A stretch of 64,000 bases of DNA from Octopus vulgaris (GCA_951406725.2 OX597828.1:43710001-43774000); one strand, 5' to 3'; positions 1-18,405 are shown, numbered from the stretch's first letter. A program made the numbers and translations. The notes: generated from the letters alone by a model not told the origin.

Positions 1-692
1 TCGATAATGTCCACGATCGGGCAATCTACCAACACAGATCCGTCTACACTGTTGACTGTATTCTAAGTCATAAGAAATGGGAAATAAACATTGTTTTAAA
101 GGCTCACTGTTGGAAGGGCTCGTTCTAGGTTAAACAAGATGATGTATGGTATATCATTCCTTCTGAGCTCTTGATGTGCAGCTAAAGTAAGATGGATTCT
201 TGCTGTTGATTGCATAAATAATTAAAAGTCTAATCTGAAAGAGTGGCGAACAAATTAGGAAATGATCCATCACTAAACCTTGACCCTTTTCCCCGCACAC
301 CATTGCTATAAAAGGAATTCATTTACATTGTTAAATTTGACTATCCCACTGAGTTTCTTTATAATAATGTAGCATATTTCAATTATTCTGGTTTATGGTA
401 CGTTGCTCATTAATCAATATTGTTTATTCAATGGTGAGACGTCAAATGCACAAATATAGATATCAGAATATCCACTGTTGTGCTAGCAGGATTCGCCTAA
501 GAGTGTCCGAGGGAACCTCTAGGGGTCGGCGAGGAATTACAGGGAGTTGATGATAGCAAAATGATCGAATGAGGGTCGGCGTGCGAAAGACCAGCTCACC
601 CAGATGAAGTGCTTAAAACGCTCAGTCAGCGCTATGCTCATCCCTCACATTGATGTCAATTTCAGTAAAAAATATTCCAGCAATATGATGCG

Positions 693-930
693 TACATTAT
701 TTACATTATTTACATTGGACTGATATTTGCCCTCATCTTGTTTGTTGTTAACACAACGTTTCGGCTGATATACCTTCCAGCCTACATCAGGTGTCTTGAG
801 GAAATTTCAAACCTGGGTTCGAAATTTAAAAACCTAAGGTATTTCTCAATGTTGTTGTTACTGCCTCGAATCGAACTCGGAATCGTGGGGTTAGTAGCCC
901 GCTCTCTTAACCAATACGCCATATGCCCGC
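693..930 (-). mobile_element. Family C SINE (tRNA-like head + hammerhead-bearing tail), copy 1
   Basis: Minus strand: GGGCATATGGCGTATTGGTTAAGAG (A box), GAGTTCGATTC (B box), short (AAC)n, then a body shared with 18559-19090 and 60926-61509, ending in (AATGTAAAT) repeats. Confidence 0.85.
750..795 (-). ncRNA. Putative type I minimal hammerhead ribozyme motif (one core substitution)
   Basis: Minus strand GACAC CTGATGT A GGCTG gaaggtatat CAGCC GAAA CGTT GTGTT. Stem I GACAC/GTGTT, 5-bp stem II, palindromic ACGT stem III, GUU cleavage triplet. A9 is T in this copy and A in the other two. Confidence 0.7.
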
Positions 931-950
931 ACTCTTAACCACTACGCCAT

Positions 951-1040
951 AACGTTGTGTTAGCAACAAACAAGATGAGGACAAATATCCGTCATATGTA
1001 AATAATGTAAGTAATTCCTCATCTCTTAAATATAGAACAA
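951..1040 (+). mobile_element. Inverted partial copy of the family C 3' end abutting the 5' end of copy 1
   Basis: AACGTTGTGTTAGCAACAAACAAGATGAGGACAAATATCC... is the near reverse complement of ~700-760 and matches the 3' end of copy 3 (60926-61020). Confidence 0.8.
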
Positions 1041-1604
1041 TATAATGCGTGTTTCACATTTTCTAATCGTGAAAACAATTTCATAAAAACTGAAAGTTTA
1101 ATATTGTATAATCATACACGTAGTTTTAAATGAAAAAAAATTGCGTCACCTTCAATAGAATTTCTTCATTTGTCGTACATGCGTGTTTTAGCTAAGATTT
1201 TAATTGGCAGATACTTTAAACGAGGAGGGTGGTCGTCGCGGAAGGAGAAGTGGCTGATGAGGGTCGAGGCGGAAGGAGCAATGGCTAAAGGGGGTTGATG
1301 GTCGAAAAAAAGGTCTGGTGACCCCTGTGCTACACTGATTCGTTCCGGATTCGAAAGGAGCAGCTCTAAACTATTCTTTGAGGAAAGAAGACAATTATGC
1401 CTTCGCAGAGGAGCAGAGAACTAATCGTGAAATAGCCCATCAGCAGATACTTTCCCATTTTTCCTTCATATTTCCAGACCGCGAATAATCCTGAAATAGA
1501 TAGATATAGCAACAAAATCCAGCATTTAACAAAAACAGAAACCGAGGTTGTAACGAGAGATCTTTATAATCTGTTTCATGGTATGTAAACGGTTACTGTG
1601 ATTA

Positions 1605-1855
<251 letters not shown>

Positions 1856-1857
1856 GT

Positions 1858-2322
1858 CCTTTCTACTATAGGCACAAGGCCTGAAATTCTGTGGGAGGGA
1901 GCTAATCAATTACATTGACCCCAGTCCTAAATTGGTTCTTATTTCATCGACCCCCCGAAAGATGTCAGGCAAATTCCACCATGGCGGAATTCGAACTCTG
2001 AACGTATAGGAGGACGAAATACCGCTGAGCATATTGTCCGACGTGCTAACGTGCTAGTGATTCAACCAATTGGTAGACTTAGTAGTGATAATAAAAACGG
2101 TTTAAAATTTTGACACGGGGTAGGGATAAGTCGATTACATCGACTCAGTGTTCAACTAGTATTTATTTTATTGACTCCGGAAGGATGAAGAACAAAGTCA
2201 TCCTGAGCTGGATATGAACTCAGAACGCAAAAACGGACAAAATGCCACTAGTCACTTTCTCCGGCATGCTAAGGATTCTTGCATCTCGCCGCTTTAGTAG
2301 TAGTAGTAATAATAACAACAAC

Positions 2323-2408
<86 letters not shown>

Positions 2409-2451
2409 TAATAATAATAATAATAGTAATAAAATTAATAATAACAACAAC

Positions 2452-2515
<64 letters not shown>

Positions 2516-3600
2516 TTAATAATAATAATAATGTTATAAAACTTTGACAGAAGGCCAGGAGTTTCGCCGGTGGCGGTATTAAGTCGAACACATTAAACCC
2601 GGTGCTCAACAGGTTCGTATTTCATCAAGAAGAAAGGAAAAGTTGACCCCTACAGAATTTAACCAGAACGCGAAGACGGATGAAATGCCACTGAGCATTT
2701 TTGTCCGGTGTCCTCACTGTTCTGCCAGATCGCGGCCTTAGTTGTACTAATAACAGAGTGTCGTTATAACGGAGATAGCAACGTTACTGTCACCAATGAA
2801 CCTGGTAATAATATTGCCGTAATGTTTATAGTGGATGTATAAATATTTTCTTTCACTGTATTTCTCTTGTGATATCAAATCTTATGATGATATGGGGATT
2901 AGCTTTCATTACATATTAAGAGAACAAAGAACTAACGTTGCATATATCTACAGCTTGCTAATATGTTTATATCAGGCTTGAGTAACTCCATTTTATGTGG
3001 ATATATATACTTAAGGCTCTCCTAAAGGGATCTATGGACCTTATGCAAGAAGAGATAACAAATTGCAACATTAAATTAATTCTGTTACGCATCCAAACAA
3101 TATGCTACCCGCTCGTATATTCAGAGCAGTAATCTTTGCAGGATTAAATAAAGAAGGAATTTTTACTAAAATACAGGAGAGATAACTGGAAGCGTAAATT
3201 GATATAAAGATTATCAGAATATATATATATTCTACCACAGAAGGTCAACAAAAACCAAATGGCAATATATAACTTAAAATTTAACAATTATACACAAGGT
3301 GTATAATTGTTAACATAAGGAAATCAATGAACAAACACGCATGCACACATTTGACTCGAATGAACAGAATGAACATATCTATTTGAAATAAACTTTCCAA
3401 GTTTTAGTACAAGGTCAACAGTTTGAGGAGTGGTGGTAAATTGATTACATCGACCCTAGTGCTCAACTGACGCTTATTTTATCGACGTCGAAACGACGAA
3501 AGGCAAGGTCGATCTCGGTAGAATTTGAACTCAGATCGTAAAGACAGGAAACACAACTAAGGATTTTCCCTGGCGTGTTTACCATTGTGCCAGCTCGTAC
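1858..3600 (-). mobile_element. Four degenerate family A SINE copies (~1858-2055, 2100-2300, 2538-2740, 3400-3600) with an (AAT)n tract at ~2305-2535
   Basis: Each carries diverged reverse-complement versions of GTTCTGAGTTCAAATTC and GCCTTTCATCCTTTCGGGGTCGATAAA..AAGTACC. Confidence 0.75.
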
Positions 3601-3981
3601 ATACATACATACATAAATACAAACATACACACACACATACATATACGTGACTGTGCATAAGCATATATATATATATATGTATATACGAATTAGTTGACAT
3701 ATATATATATACATATACGTACACATATATATATATACATATATGCATATATGCGAATTAGTCTGACAGCTTTTCTTTCTACAAAACGGAAAGTTACATT
3801 GTGGAATAGTCATTTTAACGAGTTGTATTTATTTATCAGCCGACGAGATACATCTGTGCCACGGGATGCTCTTGAACCAGTTGTTGAGTGCCCCACCCAT
3901 GAGGGGTCGATGCTAGATGTGTCGAAAAATTTGTCGTGATTAATAATAAATTCTCATATGTTCCATCTCCCGTCTTTCATT

Positions 3982-10147
<6,166 letters not shown>

Positions 10148-10581
10148 TACCTATAGTTGTTTCCCGAACATCTAATAATTTTAACCCTCGCAGCTCATCT
10201 TCTCTATTTGGAGTTCTACGCAAGTTTTCTGTATATACAAAAACTCGAAGCTATAATTGAATACTTAGGAATTCACAAAATATACTGTAATTTGCATATG
10301 AGAACAACAAAAGATGATGTGAAACAACACTGCCTGCATTGTAGTTTTGAAATTCTGCGTTAGCTACCACTCATTTCATAGCGACATTGGTATAACTTTA
10401 ACAACGGTAGTTTGACTTAGGCGTATGTCGGGCGCGCCATGTTGCTCCTGCTGAACTCAGATTCGACTTGTAGATACCACACGTTTAACTGAATGAAGAT
10501 GAATAATGCACAGTAACTCTTCATTGCATATGAATACATACATATAGATAAATACACACAGAGACGTATGATCGAGCATAA

Positions 10582-10612
<31 letters not shown>

Positions 10613-10872
10613 AGTTCATCAAAATTTAGATTCAAATGAATATAGTACTTAAGTTAGATGCACCAGAATTTTGTATGGTGTTATCCATATAAATCCATGG
10701 GGTGATTATAATCAAAATAAGCAACAAGAATATCTTCGGTAATTTGGTACGATCGTTACCGAAGTTATTCCGAAGTTATTACCGAAGTTATTTTTGTTGC
10801 TTATTTTGAGTATATATATATATATATATATTTAAATATGTATACACATGCACACATATACCTATGTATATA

Positions 10873-11780
10873 CTAGCTGACGTACCCGGTAACTCCCGGG
10901 AAAGCGGGGCTTATCCCTTGGTTCCGCACTCATAACTGTTTCGCTGATCCAATAACAACTATACATAGTTTGTAGCCCTTAAAACGGTTTTTGTGCATTT
11001 ACAGAGAATACCAAACGGTCTTACACAGGATCTTGTTTTTAGGAATTCCCAATAAGTTATGAAAACCTAAATTGTGTAGTCAGTTATGCAATGACATGAA
11101 ATTAGTTACCCGATAGTAAGAATTCAAATAAAGTAGCCCAGAAAAGGGCTTTAATGCGTTCCCAGATTACATAGGAGGAAATACTAATTAGGTATGTAAA
11201 CTGAAATTGTGAAACATGTTACGTAATAACAGGGTAATCAGATATGGGATAATAACAATTCAAAGTAAATAACTCTGAACAGGCCTTTTGTGCGTTTCCA
11301 GAGATTATTACCCTCAGGGGTGCTAGTGCTGGTATATTCGTGAATAAGTCACTAACCGAAATAAGTGGATCTGTTGTTTAGGAAAATACTATTTACTTGT
11401 TTAAGGGTTGTTCTGTATAAATTACGAAAATAACTCTAACAGCCCAAATACTAAGAAATAAGCATATTCAATTTGTTTTATACCAAATGATTTAAGAAAA
11501 TGAATGGATTACTTCCCTTGGCTGTTAAAATCTAGGAGGATGGGATATTTTCCCTTGGCTTTTAAAATGAAATATATTAGATATATATATATATATATAA
11601 GGATCCCTTCCGGGTGTCGTATTATCGATTTTTTTCAACAATTTGAGTATCCCACGAAGATTCCAGAAATGAGTTCTTCTCACGTGTCAAATTTCCTCAA
11701 AATCGATAAAACTATGTCGGAGGAGTTAGCTAACAACTCCACAAACACCCACAGACAGAATTTCTCACATATGTAGTAGA
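10873..11780 (-). mobile_element. Non-autonomous Helitron with canonical termini
   Basis: Minus strand begins A|TC (11781|11780). It ends with the hairpin CCCGG-GAGTTA-CCGGG (10885-10900), 8 nt, then CTAG|T (10873|10872). Inserted between A and T, with no TSD. Confidence 0.85.
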
Positions 11781-11794
11781 TATATATATGGATA

Positions 11795-11827
<33 letters not shown>

Positions 11828-11837
11828 TCACATGCAT

Positions 11838-11925
<88 letters not shown>

Positions 11926-11927
<2 letters not shown>

Positions 11928-12085
11928 GACGGGCTTTTTTCAGTTTCCCTCTACCAAATTTACTGTCAATTCTTTGATCGTCTCGGGGCTATAGTAGAAA
12001 ACACTTGCCCAAGGCTCCATGCATTGGGACTGAAACCACAACCATTTAGTTGGGCATCAAACTTCCTATCACGCAGCCACGTCTA
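11926..12085 (-). mobile_element. Family B (CORE-type) SINE, 5' half
   Basis: Reverse complement of the 13144-13310 sequence, including CCTTGGGCAAGTGT; ends in (TA)n. Confidence 0.8.
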
Positions 12086-12360
12086 TGGCAATAACTCTAT
12101 TTTTAATACCCAGATGCATTGCTGTTACATACTGTGACCAGCAGAAATCATATTTCAACAACACAGCAGATTATCGAAATCGGTCAATGTAAATCTCTTT
12201 CGAACTGGCAAAATCTTGGAAAGTTTTGTTTCAACATGGAGTAGTAAAGTAAACATTTTGGTCGTTCTCTCTTTTGTGAAGGATATTGAAACATAGATGT
12301 GATTTTTATCTTACATTTGACAGTATTGTTGACGGTCTCTTCATGTGGATTTTCAGTTTT

Positions 12361-12575
12361 AAGGCAGGGAGCTGATAGAATCGTTAGCGTGACTGGCAAA
12401 ATGCTTGCGGCATTTAGTCCATCTTTGCGATCTGAGTTCAAATTCCGCAGATGTCGACGGTACCTTTTATCTTTGCAAGGTCGATAAAATAAGTACGAGT
12501 TCAGAACAGGAGCTGATATGATCGACTTACCCTTCCCTTAAATTGCTGGCCTTGTGCCAAAATTTGAAACCAGTT
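12361..12575 (+). mobile_element. Family A SINE, GCTGGCCTTGTGCCAAAATTTGAAACC tail variant
   Basis: AAGGCAGGGAGCTGATAGAATCGTTAGC...CTGAGTTCAAATTCCGC...GGTCGATAAAATAAGTAC. Confidence 0.8.
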
Positions 12576-13143
12576 TATAACTTCTTTCCTGTCAGTTGAA
12601 ATAAAGACACTTATATATTCAACATCATATTTCCTACGATCATAGAACTTACTGATTTCCCTAAATTGGAAGAACATTGAGGAAAATGCTACCTTTGCAC
12701 AGAGTCTCAAAATACCGTCAAGTTTCACTGTGGCATTCACCTCTCTCATTCGACAAAAATCTTGTTCCATTTTGCTGAAGTTATACCGACCCTAGTATTA
12801 AATTAATACATATTTTATCAACCTCCAAAGGATGAAAGCTGAATTAGATCTCGGCAGAACATGAACCTAGAATATAAAAGGCTACAAAAAATGCCACAGT
12901 TAATTTTTTACGATCCTCTAAAAAGGGTTGCAATGGTTTCTGATTTAGGGGACAGGCAGTAGTTACTCAACAACATCAACTCTAGTTTCTGTCTTTTACT
13001 ATACTGGAACCACCTTGAAAGAATGATAGGCATTATCGACTTCGGTGGTATTTGAACTCAGTGTGTAAAGACGGACGAAATTTCGCTAAGCGTCTTGTCC
13101 TACCTGCTAACGATTGTACCAACTCAATAATAATTATTATTAT

Positions 13144-13557
13144 AGGCGTAGGAGTGGCTGTGTGGTAAGTAGCTTGCTTACCAACCACATGGTTCCGGGT
13201 TAAATTCCCACTGCGTGGCACCTTGGGCAAGTGTATTCTATTATAGCCTCGGGCCGACCAAAGCCTTGTGAGTGGATTTGGGATACGGAAACTGAAAGTA
13301 GCCCATCGTATATATGTATATATATTTGTATGTGTGTATGTATATGTTTGTGTGTCTGTGTTTGTCCCCCACAACATCGCTTGACAACCGATGCTGGTGT
13401 GTTTACGTACCCGTAACTTAGCGGTTCGGCAAAAGAAACCGATAGAATAAGTACGAGGCTTACAAAGAATAAGTCCTGGGGTCGACTTGCTCGACTAAAA
13501 GCGGTGCCCCAGCATGGCCGCAGTCAAATGACTGAAACAAGTAAAAGAGTAAAAGAG
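13144..13557 (+). mobile_element. Family B tRNA-derived CORE-type SINE, full length, with internal (TA/TG)n
   Basis: Head GGAGTGGCTGTGTGGTAAG, CORE-like ACCTTGGGCAAGTG, internal microsatellite, and a 3' tail GGTGCCCCAGCATGGCCGCAGTCAAATGACTGAAAC with (GTAAAAGA)n. Colinear with 40860-41372. Confidence 0.9.
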
Positions 13558-14165
<608 letters not shown>

Positions 14166-14578
14166 ATAATAATAGTAACAATAATAATAATGATAATAAT
14201 TATTATTATCATTATTATTATTATTATTATGAATACAACAACAGCATGATCATCAACGACAGCAGAAACAACCGCAACAATAATAACAGTGATAATAATA
14301 ATAATGATCATTATCGTTATTATTGTTCATGTAATAATTAATATTATTTTCATTAATATTGCTTTTTATTTAGGCTCAAAGCCAACAGTTAAGAGGGAGA
14401 GTAATAATTAATTATATCGACCACTGAATGTGATTGATGTTTTATCGACTCTACAAGGAGAAAACATAAAATTAAATTTGGTGGAATTTGATCTCAGAAG
14501 CAAAGAACAAGGATATATTTATACGACACACACACACACACTCACGTAAGTGAGAAAGGTATAAATATATGCATCGTA

Positions 14579-14804
14579 AGGCGGCGAGCTAGCAGACACG
14601 TTAGGGCGCCGGGCGAAATGCTTAGCGGTATTTCGTCTGTCGTTACCTTCTGAGTTCAAATTCCGCCGAGGTCAACTTTGCCTTTCATCCTTTCGGGGTC
14701 GATAAATAAAGTACCAGTACTGGGGGCGATATAATCGACTCAATCCCTTCGTCTGTCCTTGTTTGTCCCCCCTATGTTTAGCCCCTTGTGGGCAGTAAAG
14801 AAAT
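14579..14804 (+). mobile_element. Family A SINE, young tail variant, with 14-bp TSD
   Basis: Full length. Flanked by ATATATGCATCGTA (14565-14578) and ATATATGTATCGTA (14805-14818). Confidence 0.92.
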
Positions 14805-16054
14805 ATATATGTATCGTAGATGTTGAAATTATAAGAGAGAGTGGGGGAAGCACAGGGACTGAAACTTAGCTAAAGTGAATGAATAGCAACAAAGAAGTAT
14901 AAAGTATGTTGGCGAGATAGCGTAAGGAATAGCGCTATAGTAAGTAGACGTGCTCATTGATTATCGCCCATGTTTAATAGTTATTTACGTCATACGTTAA
15001 ATTCTAAAAATGTTAACAGGTCACATTTTTATTAATATTCAAAGCATTATTTCAAATACATTCACTAAAAAATAAATATCACTCAAAGTGACTCAGAAAA
15101 TATTACTTAATCTCTGTATCTCTCACACACTCAATCTCTCTCTCTCTTTCTTTCCCACTCTCTCACACACTCATAGACATACATGGACACAGACACATTA
15201 CGAAATACAGAGTAACCACAGATTCTCACTAATACCACTATTAATCATAATCCTCCTGTACATTCTCCTATCTCCTTTTTATGCTTTATTTCTCGTTTTA
15301 AACCAAATGGTTTCGTCAAAATATTTCTGTTTTATTTTCAATGAAAAATCGCCATTTTGATTTTGTCTTCACTTGTTAATATTTTTTTCTTCTACCCAAA
15401 TTTTCAATTCTATTTATTTGTTTCTCTTAGAAATTATTTCGTTGAATACACATTCTTCTCCTGAATGAGATTGGTTACCATTTATCATTGTTGATTAATA
15501 AATAAACAAAATAGAATTTTTCAAAAAATCACAACAAAAAATATCTCTATAGCTATTATTGCATCGATCGGTGTCTTCTGTTCTTTGACTATTCCTGTCA
15601 CGATTTTTTGACCTTTTATTGATTGGAAGTCAGAGAAATTTTGGTTGTGGTGTCTCTATGGTCTGACTGTTATGACCGCGCATTGTAATGTAACAAGGGA
15701 CAGTATTGCTTATGCTAATTCCTGTATATATTATGTGGTGAATATGGAATATGTGATTTTCTTGGTTTTTTTTCGACTTCCTTCGCTTTATTTACACGCT
15801 GGTGATAGTAATGATATTGTTATAATGCATACGATAAGAACGAGAAGGCCGAGGAAAAGTCGTGGTGGAAGATGACGAGGATGATGATGATGATGATGAT
15901 GGTGATGGTGATGATGGTAGTGGTTGTGGTGTTGGTAATGATAATTATGAATAAAATAAAGAGGATGATAATAATAATGATAATAATAATAGGCACAAAG
16001 CTAAATTTTGGGGAGGAAAATGGTCGATTATATCGACGCCAGTACACAACTGGT

Positions 16055-16366
16055 CCGTGTTTGACGATTGGTGAATGTAGCGAAAACGGCTAATGTGAGT
16101 GGACCTACTTTAATAATGTGCCTATACGCTGGTGAATTTGCTGATGGGTGATGTATCCTTCCGGAGTACCCTCGAAACGTCGGGTGGTTCAGGATTGGAG
16201 GATACTCGAGTTGTCATCACCCCTATTGGGAAAATCTCATTGTTATATGTTTCTTGTTTAATGTTTATTGTTATTGTTTTCCTAATTGCTTACTCGTTGT
16301 TTTCTATAAACCCCCACTGTCCCCGTCTACCGCATTGCGTCCTTTACGTGGCCAATAAATGAAATT
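16055..16366 (+). mobile_element. Possible L1/Tx1-type LINE 3' end
   Basis: Short coding-like remnant (VNVAKTANVSGPTLIMCL), a T-rich UTR, and terminal CCTTTACGTGGCCAATAAATGAAAT resembling the young family A tail. The classification is inference. Confidence 0.4.
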
Positions 16367-16385
16367 ATCATATCAATACTACCAT

Positions 16386-16422
<37 letters not shown>

Positions 16423-16423
<1 letters not shown>

Positions 16424-16761
16424 GTTGAGACCCCCTTCGGTTATAACTGACCATGGGATTGTACCTAGAAAGTTACCCTCCCAGGCACAAGTCCGGGCAT
16501 GGTTGTTTATGGGAGACCAGCAGTCGCCCATGCATACCGGCTTCCCCTCTCCACGCCACCAGTGTTATCCAAGGGATAAGGTAAAAGGGGCTGATACAGC
16601 TTGGCACCTGTGACGTTGCAACTCATTTCTACAGCTGATTGAACTGGAGCAACGTGAAATAAAGTGTCTTGCTGAAGAACACAACACGCAGCCCGGTCCG
16701 CGATTCGAACTCACAACCTCACGATCGTAAGGTTGACGTTCTAACCATTGAGCCATGCGCT
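16423..16761 (-). mobile_element. tRNA-derived SINE (family D)
   Basis: Minus strand GCGCATGGCTCAATGGTTAGA (A box), GAGTTCGAATC (B box), CORE-like TTCTTCAGCAAGACACTTTATTTCACGTTGCTCC. Embedded in (CTA)n. Confidence 0.85.
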
Positions 16762-16764
16762 TTG

Positions 16765-16820
<56 letters not shown>

Positions 16821-17503
16821 CACTACTATTATTAGTATCATTATTATTATTGTTGTTGTTATTATTGCAACTCTACCAAATTTTGAGGCCTTGTGCCTAT
16901 ATTGAGAAAGAATTAATGTTATTATGATGACGCTGGAGTCGATGATGTTGCTGGCGGGCGAAGAGGATAACGTCTGTGACGACGACAAAGGTAATGATAA
17001 TGAAGAAGATGATGAGGAAGTAGATGGAAGGAAGATGTGCTTAGATGCTCAGAATGTGTAGGATAATGATGAAGATGCTGACGATGATTTCGACAGTGAC
17101 GATTATGATGTTTACGAAGATGGCAAAGAACTAACGGGAGAATAGCGAAAAGAAGCAGTAACAAGTCGAAGACGAATAGGGGTAGGCGGGGGGAGGAGGG
17201 GGAGAATGAGATAGACGATGGCAGTGACAGAAACGAAAATCATTTGGAAGAGGTCAAAAGCGAGGTGAAATCTGTTCATTCTTTCAGAAAGCTTCCAAAA
17301 GAAGACATTGTTTTTAGACATAAGTTATTAATCAAAATTTTAACGAATTAAAGAATTTAGAAAAAAAAAAACGTGATAAATGGACAAAGTCAAGGAAGCA
17401 AATGCTATAACTCGGAAGATTTTGCATAAAATAAACGTTTCCAGTAAATTCTTCTTTATACGTAGGCGTATATTGATCATTCAATATATACATGCATACA
17501 TCT

Positions 17504-17597
<94 letters not shown>

Positions 17598-17800
17598 GTC
17601 TATCTATTTATCTATCTATGCGTGCGCCTACACATACTAAATATAAGTATGTACTTTGAAATACAAACATATATACATACATGCATACACTTTCACACAC
17701 ACACACACATATATATATACATATATATGTATGTATATGTGTGTATGTATATAAATAAATATACATGTATGTATGCATATATATATATATATAAGCTGTG

Positions 17801-18077
17801 GAAGCACATGGCCTAGTGGTTAGAGCAGCGGATTCGCGGTCGGTGGATCGCGGGTTCCAATCTCAGAACGGGCGATGTGTGTGTTTATGAGCGAAACACC
17901 TAAGCTCCACGCGTATTTCAGCTGACTCTTACTCCCACTCTTTCCTCCTGTATCTTGCAGCTCACCTACGGTGGACCGGCGTCCCGTCCAGGTGGGGAAT
18001 CCTATACGCCAAGTAAACTGGGAAACCGGCCCTATGAGCCAGATGTGGCTCGAGAAGGAACGAACAACAACAACAAA
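17801..18077 (+). mobile_element. tRNA-derived SINE with V-domain-like segment
   Basis: TGGCCTAGTGG A box, GGTTCCAATC B box, GGACCGGCGTCCCGTCCAGG resembling the V-SINE central domain (from recall), and an (AAC)n tail. Confidence 0.75.
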
Positions 18078-18084
18078 CATATAT

Positions 18085-18325
18085 AGCTAAGGTATTGTAC
18101 TTATGATTGGTAGATCGTAGGTTCGACTCCCAGTCCGGGCGGTGCATTTTGTTCTTGAGAAATACACTTCATTTTACACCCTCTTTCAGTCAAGCAAATG
18201 GGGATATTGGCCTGCTCTCCTGGCCAGTGGGGTGACTTCACCGGAAGTGAAAAACGAGGCAAAATACATTGTGACTAGTGATGTGTAACGAAATCTGATA
18301 GTCTGGTTGGTCACATGATTACGTT
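18085..18325 (+). mobile_element. Degenerate tRNA-derived SINE
   Basis: GGTTCGACTCC B box followed by GTTCTTGAGAAATACACTTCATTTTACA, as in family D. Confidence 0.6.
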
Positions 18326-18333
18326 ATATATAC

Positions 18334-18405
<72 letters not shown>

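Larger units (their letters stand above)
487..1327 (+). mobile_element. Degenerate hAT/Charlie-like non-autonomous DNA transposon relic, interrupted by a family C SINE
   Basis: Imperfect termini CAGGATTCGCC (487) and GGTGACCCCTG (ending 1327). Internal frame ~598-653 reads PDEVLKTLSQRYAHPSH*, like Charlie/Buster transposase C-termini (..HPSH*). The 8-bp TSD is not cleanly preserved. Confidence 0.5.

Noticed and set aside
861-930. tRNA gene (also 16690-16761, 17801-17870, 18559-18625)
   Set aside because: A/B boxes are present, but there is no proper acceptor stem and each continues into a repeated SINE body.
16141-16190. Hammerhead-like CTGATGG...GAAACGTC
   Set aside because: Core mismatch, an interrupted stem II and no convincing stem I.
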